A DNA stretch of 64,000 nt from Octopus vulgaris (GCA_951406725.2 OX597827.1:12090001-12154000), one strand, 5' to 3'. Shown: positions 40,200 to 56,783, counted from the first letter of the stretch. Translations and numbers: made by a program. The notes: generated by a model from the sequence alone, not told the origin.

Positions 40200-41753
40200 G
40201 TTTGTCAGGAGTTGGCTAGGCAAAAGCCTGCACCATACTTCAGTGTGTGCTTTGGCATGGTTTTTACAGCTGGGTGTTCTTCCTAACTCCAGTCACCCTG
40301 TAGAGTGGACTGAATGCTTTTTATGTGGCACCAGCATAGGCGAGGTCTAATTTTGGCTTGGGTTTTACAGCTGGATGTCTTTCCAAAAGCCAACCACTTT
40401 ACAGCACAGACTGGATGCTTTTTACTAGAGTTGCTGCTTATCTCTTGCTTCCATAGCATCAGTACGGTGAGAAATAATCTTCTACAGGAATGGCTGCCAA
40501 ACAGAATTTTCCTCTGGGTAGAACTTAACTCAAAACAGTAAACCAATAAAATGACTCACCAATTCACAGGTCTATTGCTTATAGCTAGGTGAACTTGAGA
40601 GTTAAATAACTTATACATTTTACAGAGAACAGGATATGAACTACCAAGCACTCTTTTTGTTTTCAATGCCCAGTTGAGTCATCAATTTAAATATACCCCA
40701 TGAAAAGAAAGTCTTGGTCGGGGTTCTCTGACCCACTCATTTTGGAGCACAGATTTTAAAATTAACTGTATTATATAATTGCTAGTGTTTCCATTGAATG
40801 ATTCAGAAAATTCACGAATTATTCTCATTGGATTGCACCAAATAAAGACAAAATTTTAACTTTTGATTGATTCTTATATAAAAAGTAAATAAATTCTTTA
40901 TTTTATTAAATTTACACTGGATAAAACATAAGGGGAATGTTATTTCTTTTGATGAGCCATTTTGGCATTAGATAAATTGAGGAAAAAAAAAATAATGTAA
41001 ACAAAAAAAACCAAAAAATAACTGGAAAAGACTGAGCACAATGAAATACTTTACAGAATCCACAGATTAAATTCATTTAAACCAATATTTTTATTTTTCT
41101 ATTTTTTTTTTTATTAAGGGACAACTAAAATGTGAATTGTATCCCTGTACACAATATTATCTGTCAAAAAAAAACAAAAAACAACAAAAATATATAAAAT
41201 AAACAAATGAATTTTCATGAAAGATGCAAAAGTTGAATCGAATTCACAAGTGTTTCCATTGGTTCGTAAATGTTCTTCTTATTGTTGTTTTAAATCTTCT
41301 CTTGCATTTATTTATTTATGAATGTCCCTTTAGAGACAACAAATGGAAACCGATGCTTGCAGTATGTTACAATGAAAAAGATAAACTCCCCTGCTTCATA
41401 TCGAACTTAGTAATAATTTCATAATAAGGGGGCATGAGGGTGGAACGTGGGGTTTATGTAGGGGGTAAACCAAGACTTTGTCTGTGTCTGTTTCCGTTTA
41501 GGTTTTTAGTTCTTTTTATTGTTTTCTTTTTTCTTTCTTTTGTTTTCTTTTTCTTTCTTTTGTTTTCTTACATAAAGTTGTTTGTACAAATTTATTTTAC
41601 ATGGACATTAATAGTCTTCTTTATACATATATACATATTTATAAACATTTGTACAAATAAACATCAGTTTATGAATGCATGTATGCTTGTTTATATATGT
41701 GTGTATATACATATATGCATATATATATGTATATATATATGTATATATATATG

Positions 41754-41792
<39 letters not shown>

Positions 41793-41872
41793 GTATGTAC
41801 ATGCATATATATATATGTATAATATATATGTGTGTGTATAATATATATATATTGTGTGATGCATAATTATAG

Positions 41873-41956
<84 letters not shown>

Positions 41957-44867
41957 TTAATGGACAATATGTCCGATTTTTCGGCATATTTGGCATTAGA
42001 ATTTTTTTCCTTTGCCCTCATTTATGAATTGTTTATAAATTTAACCGTTAAAGGTATTTTTTAATATGCTGGCCATTGATAAAATATTTTTCGAGAAAAC
42101 ATTTTTTATCGAAAAGAATTTTATCCTCACATTTAATATATATATATATAATGGATATGTTTTTATGTATTTGATTACTGCACCAAAAAACCAAAATGAA
42201 ACATTCCATTTGCTATTAAAATGATGGTAAATAGCCGAATCTGCCGTTCAGTAATTAGTGAAACAGCTTTTTCTTTCATTTAATTCTCGTGTAAGAATTT
42301 TTGCTATTGCATTGAGTGTCATGTCTTTGCTGGTGCCATCTTGGTCTCAAACTCATTTGTGTATCACAGTTTATCAGTGGAACAGGTGTAGTTAATGAAG
42401 TGGAATACACCTCGACGTGTGCAGAGATTAAAATACAAAGATTTCTGTAGCCGATTCTTTGCATTTTAAAAGGGTATGGAATTATTTTTTGGGGGGATTT
42501 TCTTTCCTTCCCTTTTTAAATTTTAATATTTTGGATTTTTAAATATCCATTTTTGTTAATGCTTTTTTTTTTTCCCTTTTACTTGTGAAAAAAGATTGTT
42601 TTTTTTTTATTTGTGTTGGATTTAATTAATTTGTTTTGTCTTTCTTTCTTTTTATTTTCAGTTTTTGTCTTTGTTTTCTGAAGGTGTTACTCCAATGTTT
42701 TCAACAAATTGTTAGATATCATAGAAAAAAGTTTTGATATTTATTTCAACTCAAACTCAAGAAACATGTCTTGATAAGTGTTCAGTGCTGATTGTTGCAT
42801 TATGCAAATTAGTAAAACTCCCTTCAGTGATTTCTGGTAAGAATCTGATAGCATTTCCTCTTTTACTTTCATCAAAACTCAAGAGATTCTTTTCTGCTGA
42901 TTAAGTTGAGCACTAGAAAAGAGAATATATTTGAAAATTTAGTTATTTAGCAATTCTGTAAACAGTGACTAATCATACATATACATGCATTTATACATAC
43001 ACATACATGCATACAAACATACACATATCTAAAATTATAAATATGTGAAATGAAAATGAGCTAAAAGAAATAACACATGGTGGTCAATGGCATGGATTTG
43101 GTTAAGAAAGATAGATAAGGAGATATTAAATAACATACAAGCTAAATTCTTTATTCACTAATATTATTATTTTTGCTTCCAAAGAAGATAGATCAATTGC
43201 TAGATAACAACTGATGCAAATTCTAGAAAATAAGGAGAGATAATCTCAAAATTCAAGAATTTTCTAAAACTGTCATGCCATTCAGGAAAAGACAGTGCAA
43301 TTGCCTGAAGATAAGAGTACAGCCATCATAGACATCTTTTAAAATTCCTACTTTGTCTTCCATACATTTATTTGTGTAAGTTGACCTTTGTAAAATGTTA
43401 GAGGAAGAAACCTCACTGTTTCTTGCAATAAGTACACCTAAAGCAAAACTTTTCATGGACCCTTAAAACATTAATCTGGATCCTCAATTTACTATTTTAT
43501 GAATCCCCAGGTGTCATATGGATTCTGGTTACGAACCAGGAAGGAAATATTCTGTTTCATTTCTCTTCCTTCTGATTTCAAATCCTACTAGTTACAATTT
43601 TTTATCCTCGACTTCACTGCCTTTCTCTCTCTTTCTCTCACTGGCAGGGGAATAAAAGTAGAAATAAAATAAGTATTAGTAGTAAACTGAGATCTATTCA
43701 ACCCTGTTTAACCCTATTACAAATATTTGGCATTGTGAAAACATAAAATTATTACATCATTATCCCTATTGCATCATTGAATATTGGACATTGTTGTTAT
43801 GTTGGTTGTTTTAGTCGATGTATCATCATAACCACCACCACCATCCCCACCACCACCATCATCATCATTAGCAGCAGCAACATCACATAACCACTGTCAT
43901 TGATATGGGCTTGTGTTTAATGGTTTAACAAGATCTGTATCAAGGTCCATAGGTTTGCACTTGCCCGGTTTCTATGGCTGGGTGCCTTTCCCAACATCAA
44001 CCACTTTATAAAATATACTGGGTACCTTTTTTTTTTCATGGTACTGATCCCAGTGAGGTTGCTAAGTAATTTGCAATGCAATGTAAAAGACCCTTTAATT
44101 GAACTGTAGTAAAGAGATGCGATTTTATGCCAAATATTGAGAGGCTGAAGTAGGATAGAAGGACAAAACCATCTATCACCAACACCAACACCACCATCAC
44201 CACCACAACCACCACCTACCCAAAGAGATAAAGACAGTGGTAGCAAGGTGTTGGGAATGTCCTCTGTGATTAAAAAATATTTCAGCTCTGGCAATCCAAT
44301 TTTTATTTTGAGATATCAAATGATTACATTATCTAATGTGTTCTTCCCTTAGGAAGAAGTTTAATGCAGATTTAGCTACTATTTTTAGCAATGTGATTGA
44401 CCATGTAGAGGTTCCATTTTTGGCTCATATTGAACTATGCAGTTACTATTGCCAAATATCAAGGATATAAATTATGTTAGTTCCCTAAAGAAGTTTCTTT
44501 AACCGTAATCAAGCCTCATTATGTAAAAACAACTTTTCATCGAAAATAGCACAAAAACATTGCATGTATGAAGTAGCAACGATCTCAAGCGACTCCAGAT
44601 GCTTGAATGGTGACCTAAATGCCATGTATTGAAACCCTTGTTACAGGTGTGGCATCGTGTTCCTATTTAAGATTTGTTATATTATTTTCCTGTCAACTCA
44701 GACCAAAATAGGCATCACTCCAACATCGTCTTTAACAGTTTGGTGTTATGAATAGCCTCAATTTGCAAAAACACGAGTTCCAACAATTCCTGCAATTATC
44801 CCGATTTTTCAGAAATATCTGATTCGCTCTGTCGAGGAAAAAAAGTAGCTGTAACACCAGTGCGTTA

Positions 44868-45283
<416 letters not shown>

Positions 45284-45495
45284 ATGTGTTCTTGTGGATG
45301 CATGTGTTTATGTGAGTGTTTATACGCATGTGTCAATGCATGTGTATGTGCACGTGTGTCCATGTTTGTGCGTATGTGTTCTTTGCCTTCATGTCTGCTG
45401 GCTAAATGTTGCAGCCCAAGGTTTCATTCACATGTATATATATATATATATATATATACATTTTTTTTTTACATGTGCCTATTTGTGTTACTGCA

Positions 45496-45619
<124 letters not shown>

Positions 45620-46430
45620 GTATGTATATATATATATATATATATAAATCAATGTGCATGCATGTTTGGGTTAGAGATAAAGACCTAGAGATGTAACTAG
45701 AGTGAGAGAGAAAGAGAGAGAGAGAGAGAGACAAACAGACAGACAGACAGGCAGAGACAAATGAAGTTGGAGAAGTAAAGAGGGTGACAGAGGAAGAGAG
45801 AGGTTTATAAAAGGAGTGAAAGGAGGACGGAGAATGAAGAAGAGGCAGAAAAAGAATCAGATATGACAAATGCCTCTACAAATCACAGAGTTCTAGGAAA
45901 CGGATTCTGCAGCTTTGAAATTCAGTAGCAGTAAAATGCACCACAGAAATCAACACTAGGATGGGAGATCAATTTATCACAGACCTTATTCCCATAAGAT
46001 CTGATAACATCTATTCCCTTTAGCTAAATAAAACTGCAATTTATAAAATAAAGTATCATGCCTTTCAGACATGATATAATATTAAGTTCACAGCTATGGA
46101 TTTCACATATTTTTCAGACTGCATTATCAAGACAACATATAAGAATGGTATTGTTGTTAGTCACACAAATTCTTTAGATTAAACTCCTGTCATAAGAGTT
46201 GCAATGTGTTTTTTAAATTTCATGAAAATTCATGTAAAATAGAATCTAATACCAAAAATGAGAAAAAATTGAATAAAAATGATTGTAAAAAAAAAAAATG
46301 TCTTGCAGTTAAGAATTTTCCTTTTAAACCATGTGGTGTCAGGATCATTCCTGCTGTGTGGCAATTTAGCAAAGTGTCTTGTACACTATTCCAGAGCTTA
46401 CCAATGCCTCATAAAGAATATTTATATGAA

Positions 46431-46635
46431 GGCAGCAGAAACGTTAGCACACCAGGTGAAATGCTTAGTGGTATTTTGTCTGTCTTTACATTCTGAGTTC
46501 AAATTCCACCGAGGTCGACTTTGCCTTTCATCCTTTTGGGTTGATAAATTAAGTACCAGTTGCATACTAGGGTCGCTCTAATCGACTGGCCTCCTCCCAC
46601 AAAATTGTGGGTCTTGTGCCTAGAGTAGGGAAGGA
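46431..46635 (+). mobile_element. SINE family B
   Basis: Head and central domain match the other family B copies. Confidence 0.75.
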
Positions 46636-47091
46636 TATATATGTGTGTGTGTGTAGATGTATGCAAATGCACATGGATATTGATATTTCAAGTTGCCACT
46701 GTCCAAGCAAACCAATTTCAATGTTGACATTCCAAGTCAACATTATGATTGGTTGCTCTTGAAAAACAAATAAGGGTTGGAGACAAGAAGGGCATCCAGC
46801 CATAAAATCTTGCCCCTGATATAACCCCCTGATAGCATGTGAAAATAAATATTAAGTAATGAACATCAGCTTTCACCATAACAGAGTTCTATTTCTAATG
46901 ATTTCTTTTGACAGGACACTATTAGAATTTTCAAGCAGAAACGAGTAATTTTTAATCTATATCATTTGCAATTATTTATTTTAGGTGCAGAATAATAAAA
47001 TATTTGAGAAATTTGCTTCACAACCACAAGATCTTGGGATCATTCCTACCACATGGAATCTTGCAGGAAATATTATTATCTATAACTTTAA

Positions 47092-47249
47092 CCCTTTTGA
47101 TACCAAACTGCCTGAAGCAACTCTTGATTTTATGATACAGATGCCCTGTTTTAAGGTCAAAATCCTATGTTAAATTCACTCAAGACATCATCTTATTAAT
47201 GCCAAAGTTATTTTAAGAAATTTTTCAAAGAGATGTGGTAACAAAAGGG
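47092..47249. mobile_element. Shorter, diverged piggyBac-like MITE
   Basis: TTAA|CCCTTTTGATACC ... GGTAACAAAAGGG|TTAA. Confidence 0.75.
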
Positions 47250-47471
47250 TTAAGTTGACTTACATTTTATGAGTGAAAATGAGTTGATGAAAACTGCGTA
47301 GAAGATGAATTTTTAACCGTAATTCAAAGGTACAACTTTATCATACACTGTGTTATGCTGATTCTATCTGAGAATTTCGTTAAGAGCGAAAATAACTGTC
47401 AAATGCTCATCTACACGGGTGTTAATTCAAGAGCAGGTAATTCAATTGAACAAACAAACCAAAACATCATC

Positions 47472-47852
47472 GTGGCTGTGTGGTAAGTAGCTTGTTTACC
47501 AACCACATGGTTCCGGGTTCAGTCCCACTGCGTGGCACCTTGGGCAAGTGTCTTCTACTATAGCCTCGGGCCGACCAAAGCCTTGTGAGTGGATTTGGTA
47601 GACGGAAACTGAAAGAAGCCTGTCGTATATATGTATATATATATATATATGCGTGTATGTGTTTGTCCCCCAAGCATTGCTTGACAACCGATGCTGGTGT
47701 GTTTATGTCCCCGTCACTTAGCGGTTCGGCAAAAGAGACCCATAGAATAAGTACTGGGCTTACAAAAGAATAAGTCCCGGGGTCGATTTTCTCGATTAAA
47801 GGCGGTGCTCCAGCATGGCCGCAGTCAAATGACTGAAACAAGTAAAAGAGTA
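47472..47852 (+). mobile_element. SINE family A, slightly 5'-truncated
   Basis: Same structure as the other copies. Confidence 0.85.
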
Positions 47853-48188
47853 AATGCTGGAGAACCATCCACCCACTTATTTGTAAATCACAGGAGTATG
47901 AATGACAAGTGTGGTCCCAATAGAAATAAATACTATAACAGTTCTGTCGAATATTGTCTTAACAGTGTTATTAGACACCTGGCAACGCAATGCACTGGGG
48001 ATCTAAAATACATACTTATTAACAGAAAGCTTCAAAATACATAGATTAGCATTGGGCTCCTTGATCCATAGGGACTCTTTTTCCTATCATGGAAATATTA
48101 ACAACACCTGTACATGAAATATTAGCTGTTCTCAGGCATAAAGTTTCATAGTTCAAATCCAGTCTTTTACCATGTACATCTTCTAGAC

Positions 48189-48217
48189 CAGGCCTAACCA
48201 GCTATGCCTATAATACA

Positions 48218-48260
<43 letters not shown>

Positions 48261-48354
48261 TTATCTATCTATCTATCTGTGTGTTTGTATACACACACAC
48301 ATATATATATTAAAAGAGAGGAAAAGGGCATATATATGTGCGCTTATATATGAA

Positions 48355-48410
<56 letters not shown>

Positions 48411-48731
48411 CATACACACATGTGCACGCCCACACACACACATACACACAATTACATTGCAGGCCACTTTAATCACAAAAAGATTTTGAGGGCCACTTGT
48501 ATACTGAGAGAAATGAAAGCAGTTTGCTTTCTCATGTTATTATTACAATAATGAATGATTGATCACTGATTCAACATGAAATATTATCGTTGCAAAAAGC
48601 AGTAATATCTTTCTGTTTAAATTTTCATTACAATCTTTAAAGGAACCCATTTCAAGAAAGTATCAAGCAAGCTGTAAGATAAAAGTCTGTGAGTCACATG
48701 CAGCCCAAGGGCCTTAGGCTGGCAAGCCCTG
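48189..48731. mobile_element. Decayed hAT (Charlie-like) MITE carrying an inserted local copy
   Basis: Termini caggcctaaccagc ... gctggcaagccctg. The 8-bp flanks ttctagac / ttctgaac resemble NTCTAGAN. Confidence 0.45.
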
Positions 48732-49239
48732 TTCTGAACTATGACATATTTTGCCTCAAGGATAGCAATAAATGATTTACATTGACCACAATGCTCAACT
48801 GGTTCTTATTTTTATTGACCATAAAAGGATAAAAGATAAAGTGGACCTCATTGGAATTTGAACTCAGAACTTGCTGCTTCATGTTGATGTAAATACTAAA
48901 AACATATTTCATCTCTTAATAATAATCTGGATTATTATAATTGTATTAACACTAATTAATCTTAGATATTTAAATATTAATTAGTTAAATGATTGTTAAT
49001 ATATGTAATAATTGTTAACATATGTAACTAGAATTCACTTTCACTTTAGATGCAAGTGTAGTTAGGCACAGGTGTGACTTGGTGCAGGTGTGGCTGTGTG
49101 GTAAAAATTTTGATTCCAGACCACAATGGTCTTGGGTTCAGTCCCACTGCATGGTACCTTGGACAAATGTCTTCTCCTATGGCCTAGGACCAACCAAAAC
49201 CTTGTAAGTGGATTCAGTAGAGACACTGAAAGAAGCCTA

Positions 49240-49330
<91 letters not shown>

Positions 49331-49367
49331 TATATGTGAGTGTGTGTGAGTGTGAGTGTGTGTGTGT

Positions 49368-49416
<49 letters not shown>

Positions 49417-50223
49417 CTCATCGTAATGCAAGCGATGTCCTTCATTTGAAATCTTCTGTGGAAACAAATCTGGATCCGGTGAATATTACCTTACTTTGAA
49501 ACAGGTGAGACTTGGCAATCAGACAGGAATCTGGCCCAAGAAAATACACCTCAACAAGTTCCATCCAACTCATGCAAGCATATGAAGTGGATGTGAAACA
49601 CTACTGCTTAACACTACTGCCACCATTGCTGCTGCCATTGCCACCACCACTGACAGCGATGATGACGACAACAATGATGATGATAATCGCTTTGTTAAAT
49701 ATATTAGTACAAACTTAGATTTGTTTTTTTTTGTTTTTTTTTTGTTTTACATGTAGATGGCATCAATGAGTCAATTGCCTTCTGAACATAAATACAAGAA
49801 CATTATTATTTTGTGTGATGCTCAGCTGTCTCAGCCACCTGCACTGGTTATATCAAGACATTGATAATTATACTAAAAAAAAAAAAAGTTTTAATGGGAC
49901 AATCACATTCAAGAAAGATAACGAATAAAATTACAATAGCATGTGCTTCTGCGTATGTATGCGAGCAACCATTCCCGTATATGTGCATATGTGTGTTTCT
50001 GTAGGTGTGGTTGTGTGTGTATTTGTATGTAATTATTTCGAAAAGGGTAAAAAAATGATCTTTGCCAAAACACAACAATACATATCTCAAGATTCAAATT
50101 TAGATCAAATCTCTTACTCAACACATTTAATGGATTGAAAGTATTTGTAAAGAAAATGGCAAATGTGATATATACATAGAGATATACATGTATGCAACAC
50201 ACACACACACACATGTGTATGTA

Positions 50224-50276
<53 letters not shown>

Positions 50277-50388
50277 GCATATATATATATGTATAACTTT
50301 ATTCATATATATACACATATACATATGTCTCTCTGTATCTATCTATCTATATGTATATATATATATATATATCAATATATATATATAT

Positions 50389-50427
<39 letters not shown>

Positions 50428-50921
50428 TAAACATATATATATTATTTATAAGTATCATACATACATATATGTATTACATATTTATACATATACAAATATA
50501 TACACATACATATATATATGTGTACATATGTATGTTAACATTATTTACAATCAATGTAAATATTGTAAATAATGTACATATTTCCTCATCTCTTAAATAT
50601 AGAACTGTACTATGTGTGTGTGTGTGTGTATATATATATATAACATATGCACACACACACATACACCTACAAATAATAATTATTATGATTTATTATTTTT
50701 ATGGTTATTATAATCTTTCCAGTTTCCTATGCTGTCTTGCACATTCTTTGAGTCAGTTTTCAAATCTTCATCACTGAAAGCCAGCATCTTACTGACTCAT
50801 ACTTCGGACTGTCACAGCACGAGCGCTCTCGTCACAACTGTTGTTTGAAATTCGCTGTGAAATTATGCTAACACTGTTTTCAGTTTTCAATCAAGTAATG
50901 AATTGAACAATTACTGAAGCA

Positions 50922-51543
<622 letters not shown>

Positions 51544-51956
51544 CACCATGAAAATTTGTGAATGGCCATTTCAATAAAGTAATGGACATCCAGCTGAGTG
51601 TTTCTAATTCATATCCTGTCACGGAAGCTACTTTGTGTCCAAGTTCTCAATGACACTTATAGTTGATGAACTTGGAAAGTTCATCTTGCTCCAAGCATAA
51701 ACCGCATCATTATTATTGTAAAATTGATGAGATTGATGAGTGATTCAATGGTTTGCCTTGCTGACTTGAATTCAATTCAATTACTTACTACTTGTAAAAT
51801 GAAGTCACTACAGCACTGGATATCTTCTTTATGTAGGTGTTGCTAATGGTATAGTTCAGCATTATGAACATTAGGACACAAACAAACACTCACACACACA
51901 TGTATGTAATCATATATATTTTTCTATATAATTATATATGTGTATATATATATATA

Positions 51957-52374
51957 TACTCTTTTACTCTTTTACTTGTTTCAGTCATTTGACTGTGGCC
52001 ATGCTGGAGCACCGCCTTTAATCGAGCAACTCGACCCCGGGACTTATTCTTTTTGTAAGCCCAGTACTTATTCTATCGATCTCTTTTGCCGAACCGCTAA
52101 GTAACAGGGATATAAATACTCCAGCATCGGTTGTCAAGCAATGCTAGGGGTACAAACACACAAACACACACACATGCACACACATACACACACATATATA
52201 TATATATATATACATATATACGACAGGCTTCTTTCAGTTTCCGTCTACCAAATCCACTCACAAGGCTTTGGTCGGCCCGAGGCTATAGTAGAAGACACTT
52301 GCCCAAGGTGCCACGCAGTGGGACTGAACCCAGAACCATGTGGTTGGTAAACAAGCTACTTACCACACAGCCAC
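51957..52374 (-). mobile_element. SINE family A
   Basis: Reverse complement of family A. Confidence 0.85.
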
Positions 52375-52390
52375 TATATATATATATATA

Positions 52391-52610
52391 GTGTAAACAA
52401 GAGAGACAGAGAAAGGCAGAAACAAGGAAAATGCCACTTATATTTGAACACTATGCAAATATTCGTTTAAAAAAACTTTTCTTTTAATTTTTCTAAATTT
52501 AATTATTTAATCGTTACAGTTGAAAAAGTCTCAAATTACTGAAACCGGTATTGAAATGTTCTTTATAAAATTATTTTAGCATTTTCTATCTTGACTTGTT
52601 TTTTCATACA
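52391..52610 (+). mobile_element. Probable PLE pLTR remnant with a decayed hammerhead-like motif (52514-52556)
   Basis: ttacag-TTGAAAA-agtc-tcaaat-tact-GAAACCGGTA-ttgaaa. The palindromic ACCGGT stem III is typical of minimal PLE hammerheads. Adjacent to (TA)n. Confidence 0.45.
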
Positions 52611-53601
52611 TATATGTTCAAAAGAAGGTGTATAGAGTTTAGCAGAACTGAACCTGGAAACCCATGATTGCTAAATAAGCTTCTTAACCATGCAGCTATG
52701 ACTGCACCTTTAAAAGAATGTAAGAACTGTCTGTGTTTCTGTGGTTGTGTGTATGCATATGCGTATGTACTGTATGTACGTATATATATATATAGATATA
52801 TAACCTATAAAAATATACAAAAGCATTGGTGACATTAAAATGAAAACTATCTATCGTGACATATTAATGTTACGATGTTTTCCCTTCACTATAACAGAAT
52901 AAGAAAATTCCTTCCTTATATATAATTACTAATGTCACTAATGAGGCTTGTAGTGTAAAACTGCAGACTTCTATTCTCCATCTCAACATTGTTATATTTT
53001 CATTATATTTGGTAGAAAAAATGAATAAATATATAATACAACAGAATAGCATATTATATCCATTGGGCATGTCTTCATCATGTTATATTTTGTATATAAT
53101 GATAAAAATCTATGTTTAGAAAGCGAGAGAGTGAGAAAGAAGAATAAAGAATAAAGAATAAAGAATAAAGAATACAAACTAATATTACTAAATAATGAAA
53201 GATAGGGTAAAAGATAAAAGAATAAATGTTCTGGTAATATAATGATGACCACCTTGTGAGAAATAGATTCATGAATGACTCATGATGATGATATGATGAT
53301 GATGGTAATAATAATAATAATAATAACAACAACAACACAACAACAACAATAAGGTTAATAAACAATAATATAGATCTTGTTATATCTGACAAATGTGGTT
53401 TTACTCTCATGAGGCAGCAACAGAAAAGCAAATAATAATAATAATGGTGATAACGATGACGACGATAATGGTGGTGGTGGTGATGATGATGATAATGATG
53501 ATGATGATGATGGTGATGACGACGACGATGATGGTGGTGGTGGTGGTGAGATGATGATAAATACATAAGTAGATAAATAAATAAAGATGAAAACACAAAG
53601 C

Positions 53602-53602
<1 letters not shown>

Positions 53603-53646
<44 letters not shown>

Positions 53647-53679
53647 GTAATAATAATAATAATAATAACAATAATAATG

Positions 53680-53722
<43 letters not shown>

Positions 53723-53732
53723 TAATAATAAT

Positions 53733-53800
<68 letters not shown>

Positions 53801-53810
53801 TAATAATAAT

Positions 53811-53887
<77 letters not shown>

Positions 53888-53890
53888 TAA
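53603..53890. repeat. (AAT)n array
   Basis: Direct reading. Confidence 0.95.
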
Positions 53891-54398
53891 TTGTGAGGAT
53901 GTAAGAGAACATTTGATGGGAGCAAGCAAGAAAAAAAAAGGATGACAAAAGGATCCGTAATAACAAGATGCTTGTTTGTGTACAAATAATAGGGAGAGAA
54001 AATTTAATAAAGTATTTATATAAGAAAAATAAAGGAGATATTATATTTATGATAAGTAAAAAGATGTGCATGTTGACATAAATGGATGTATTAGAAAACC
54101 AATTCCCCACCATCCTCCACCAGAGTGGAAAAAAGAAAAGAACTTGATAGACTGTGTTTTTATGGCAATTACAAACACAATGCCTAATAAATATGTATAT
54201 GAAATATTTTATATATATATATTTATCGTACATATACGCATACATAGGCTGAGTATATTAAATATATGCGTGTATACCAATATATATAGATATATATATA
54301 TGTGTGTATATATACATATATCTATATATAAATAGATATATATGTGTGAGTGTGTATATATAAAATGTATCTCTCTTTCTCTCTCCTCTCTCTCTCTG

Positions 54399-54441
<43 letters not shown>

Positions 54442-54446
54442 ATGTA

Positions 54447-54514
<68 letters not shown>

Positions 54515-54556
54515 TATATAGAGAGAGAGAGAGAGAGTGATAGATAGATAGGTAGT

Positions 54557-54587
<31 letters not shown>

Positions 54588-55112
54588 TTAGATAGATAGA
54601 TAGATATAGAAGGACTTTCTGGAAAGAAAGAGATGCTACAACAAACTCTCTAGGACCATGCTAAACAGTTTTCTGAATAAATACACGTTCTCTTCCCCAT
54701 CTCCATCTCCCCACTCTCTGTTTTGCTCTCTTATACATAGACATACATACACATACATGCACATAAACAAATGTATACACCTTTACACAAAAAATACAAG
54801 TAGGGAGCATTTACATGGTAGTTCGACATGCAAGAAAATGCAGCTAAACCATCCCTTAAACTACACCTTAACATCATATACAAAATAAAGGATATTGACT
54901 GATTTTAACCTCAGGTACCCCTAAAACAGAGTATCATGGCTGAGAATATTTCTGTTCATATGTTGACACAATGAACCATGGTCAGGGGCTAAGCAACACC
55001 AACATACCAATGGTGACGTTGGTTTTCATTAAAGTAATGGAGCAAGTTTATTAATCATTTCAGGTTTGATGGTTTCCATTAGGAAAAGCAAAATTTTATC
55101 ATGTACTAAGAT

Positions 55113-55283
55113 AGGCGCAGGAGAGGCTGTGTGGTAAGTAGCTTGCTTACCAACCACATGGTTTCAGGTTCCTTCCCACCTCGTGGAACTTTGGGCAAGT
55201 GTCTTCTACTATAGCTTCGGGCTGACCAAAGCCTTGTGAGTGGATTTGGTAGGCGGAAACTGAAAGAAGCCCGTTGTATATAT

Positions 55284-55319
<36 letters not shown>

Positions 55320-55470
55320 ATATGTTTGTGTCTGTGTTTGTGCCCCCAACATCGTTTGACAACCGATGCTGGTGTGTTTAAATCCTGGGGTCGATTTGCT
55401 CGATTAAAAGAAGGTGCTCCAGCATGGCCACAGTCAAATGACTGAAACAAGTAAAAGAATAAAAGAGTAA
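55113..55470 (+). mobile_element. SINE family A with an internal deletion
   Basis: Head and tail are present, but the cttagcggttcggc...cttacaaag segment is missing. Confidence 0.8.
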
Positions 55471-55982
55471 GAAGGGAAAGTTTCTTTCACTTCAAGTTAA
55501 AGGTTTTAGATCCAGGTGCATCAAAGAAAACCACCGGAAAAATGTAATTAACCTTTCCACTAATTCCATACATAGAAAAAGCCCTTAAAATTAGTAAAGG
55601 CAGTTAATAATCAGAAAAACTGGATCTGAGTAGCGAAGAAAAATACTCTCAACATTTGAAGAGATAAAAGAAGTCTCACAAAAATCATCTTTAACTGCAA
55701 GGAGCAGACCCATCCCTCCTTATTAAGTAACTTTAATCACCACTGTTACATTTTTTCCATTCACTTTTCCATATTCACATGGTTGAACAGAACTTGTTGA
55801 GGTGAACTTGTTATGGTCCGATGCTTTCCCTGTCACCAACCCTCGTCTGCTTCCATATATGGTAATGTTTGCTCAATGACCAGATATGTCTAGGAAAGAT
55901 TGAAAATGAAGGATACTGCTTGCATGATGGTGGGACTCACTTATATCTATCATGTGATGCCAAATCTAGAGGATAGTAACAT

Positions 55983-56168
55983 AGGCGCAGGAGTGGCTGT
56001 GTGGTAAGTAGCTTGTTTAGCAACCACATGGTTGCGGGTTCAGTCCCACTGCGTGGCATCTTGGGCAAGTGTCTTCTGCTATAGCCCCGGGCCGACCAAT
56101 GCCTTGTGAGTGGATTTGGTAGACGGAAACTGAAAGAAGCCTGTCGTATATATGTAAAAGAGTAAAGA
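55983..56168 (+). mobile_element. SINE family A head joined directly to its tail
   Basis: The head runs to gcctgtcgtatatatg and then directly into taaaagagtaaagag. Confidence 0.75.
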
Positions 56169-56537
56169 GTGTCTTAAATAACATGCCATCCAAAATAAAG
56201 CAAATCCTTGAACCATTTAATGAAGAAAAGTTAAATTTCTTTCTAAAATTCAGCATCATTATCGTCATCATCATTTCAATGTCCATTTTTTCCTGGTTTG
56301 CGAGGATCACATAAAACTTGTTGAGGTAGGTTTCGTACGACTGGATGCTCTTCCTGTTGCCAATCAGCACCTCTTTTCCAAGGAAGGTAATATTTTTCCC
56401 ATACCTTATTTCTTTTCCCCAGCCCAATTGGCCAGATGTGATTTCATGGAAGCCAACCAACAAATGGCAACATTTGTATAAACAGTGACTGTCCATAATT
56501 AACATAGTAAATGCTTAGATTTTGAGAGAACACAATC

Positions 56538-56636
56538 GCACAAACAAACACACACATACACGCACACACACGCACACATGCACATACATGCACACACACA
56601 CATACACACACAAAAAACACACACACACACACACAC

Positions 56637-56672
<36 letters not shown>

Positions 56673-56783
56673 AACATACACGCACACACACAAACACACA
56701 CACATACACACACACACACACACACACATACACACACACACACACACACATACACACACAAACATACACACACACATACACAA

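Noticed and set aside
42362-42383. miR-2-family seed tatcacag
   Set aside because: Only the seed matches, and there is no pairing star arm.
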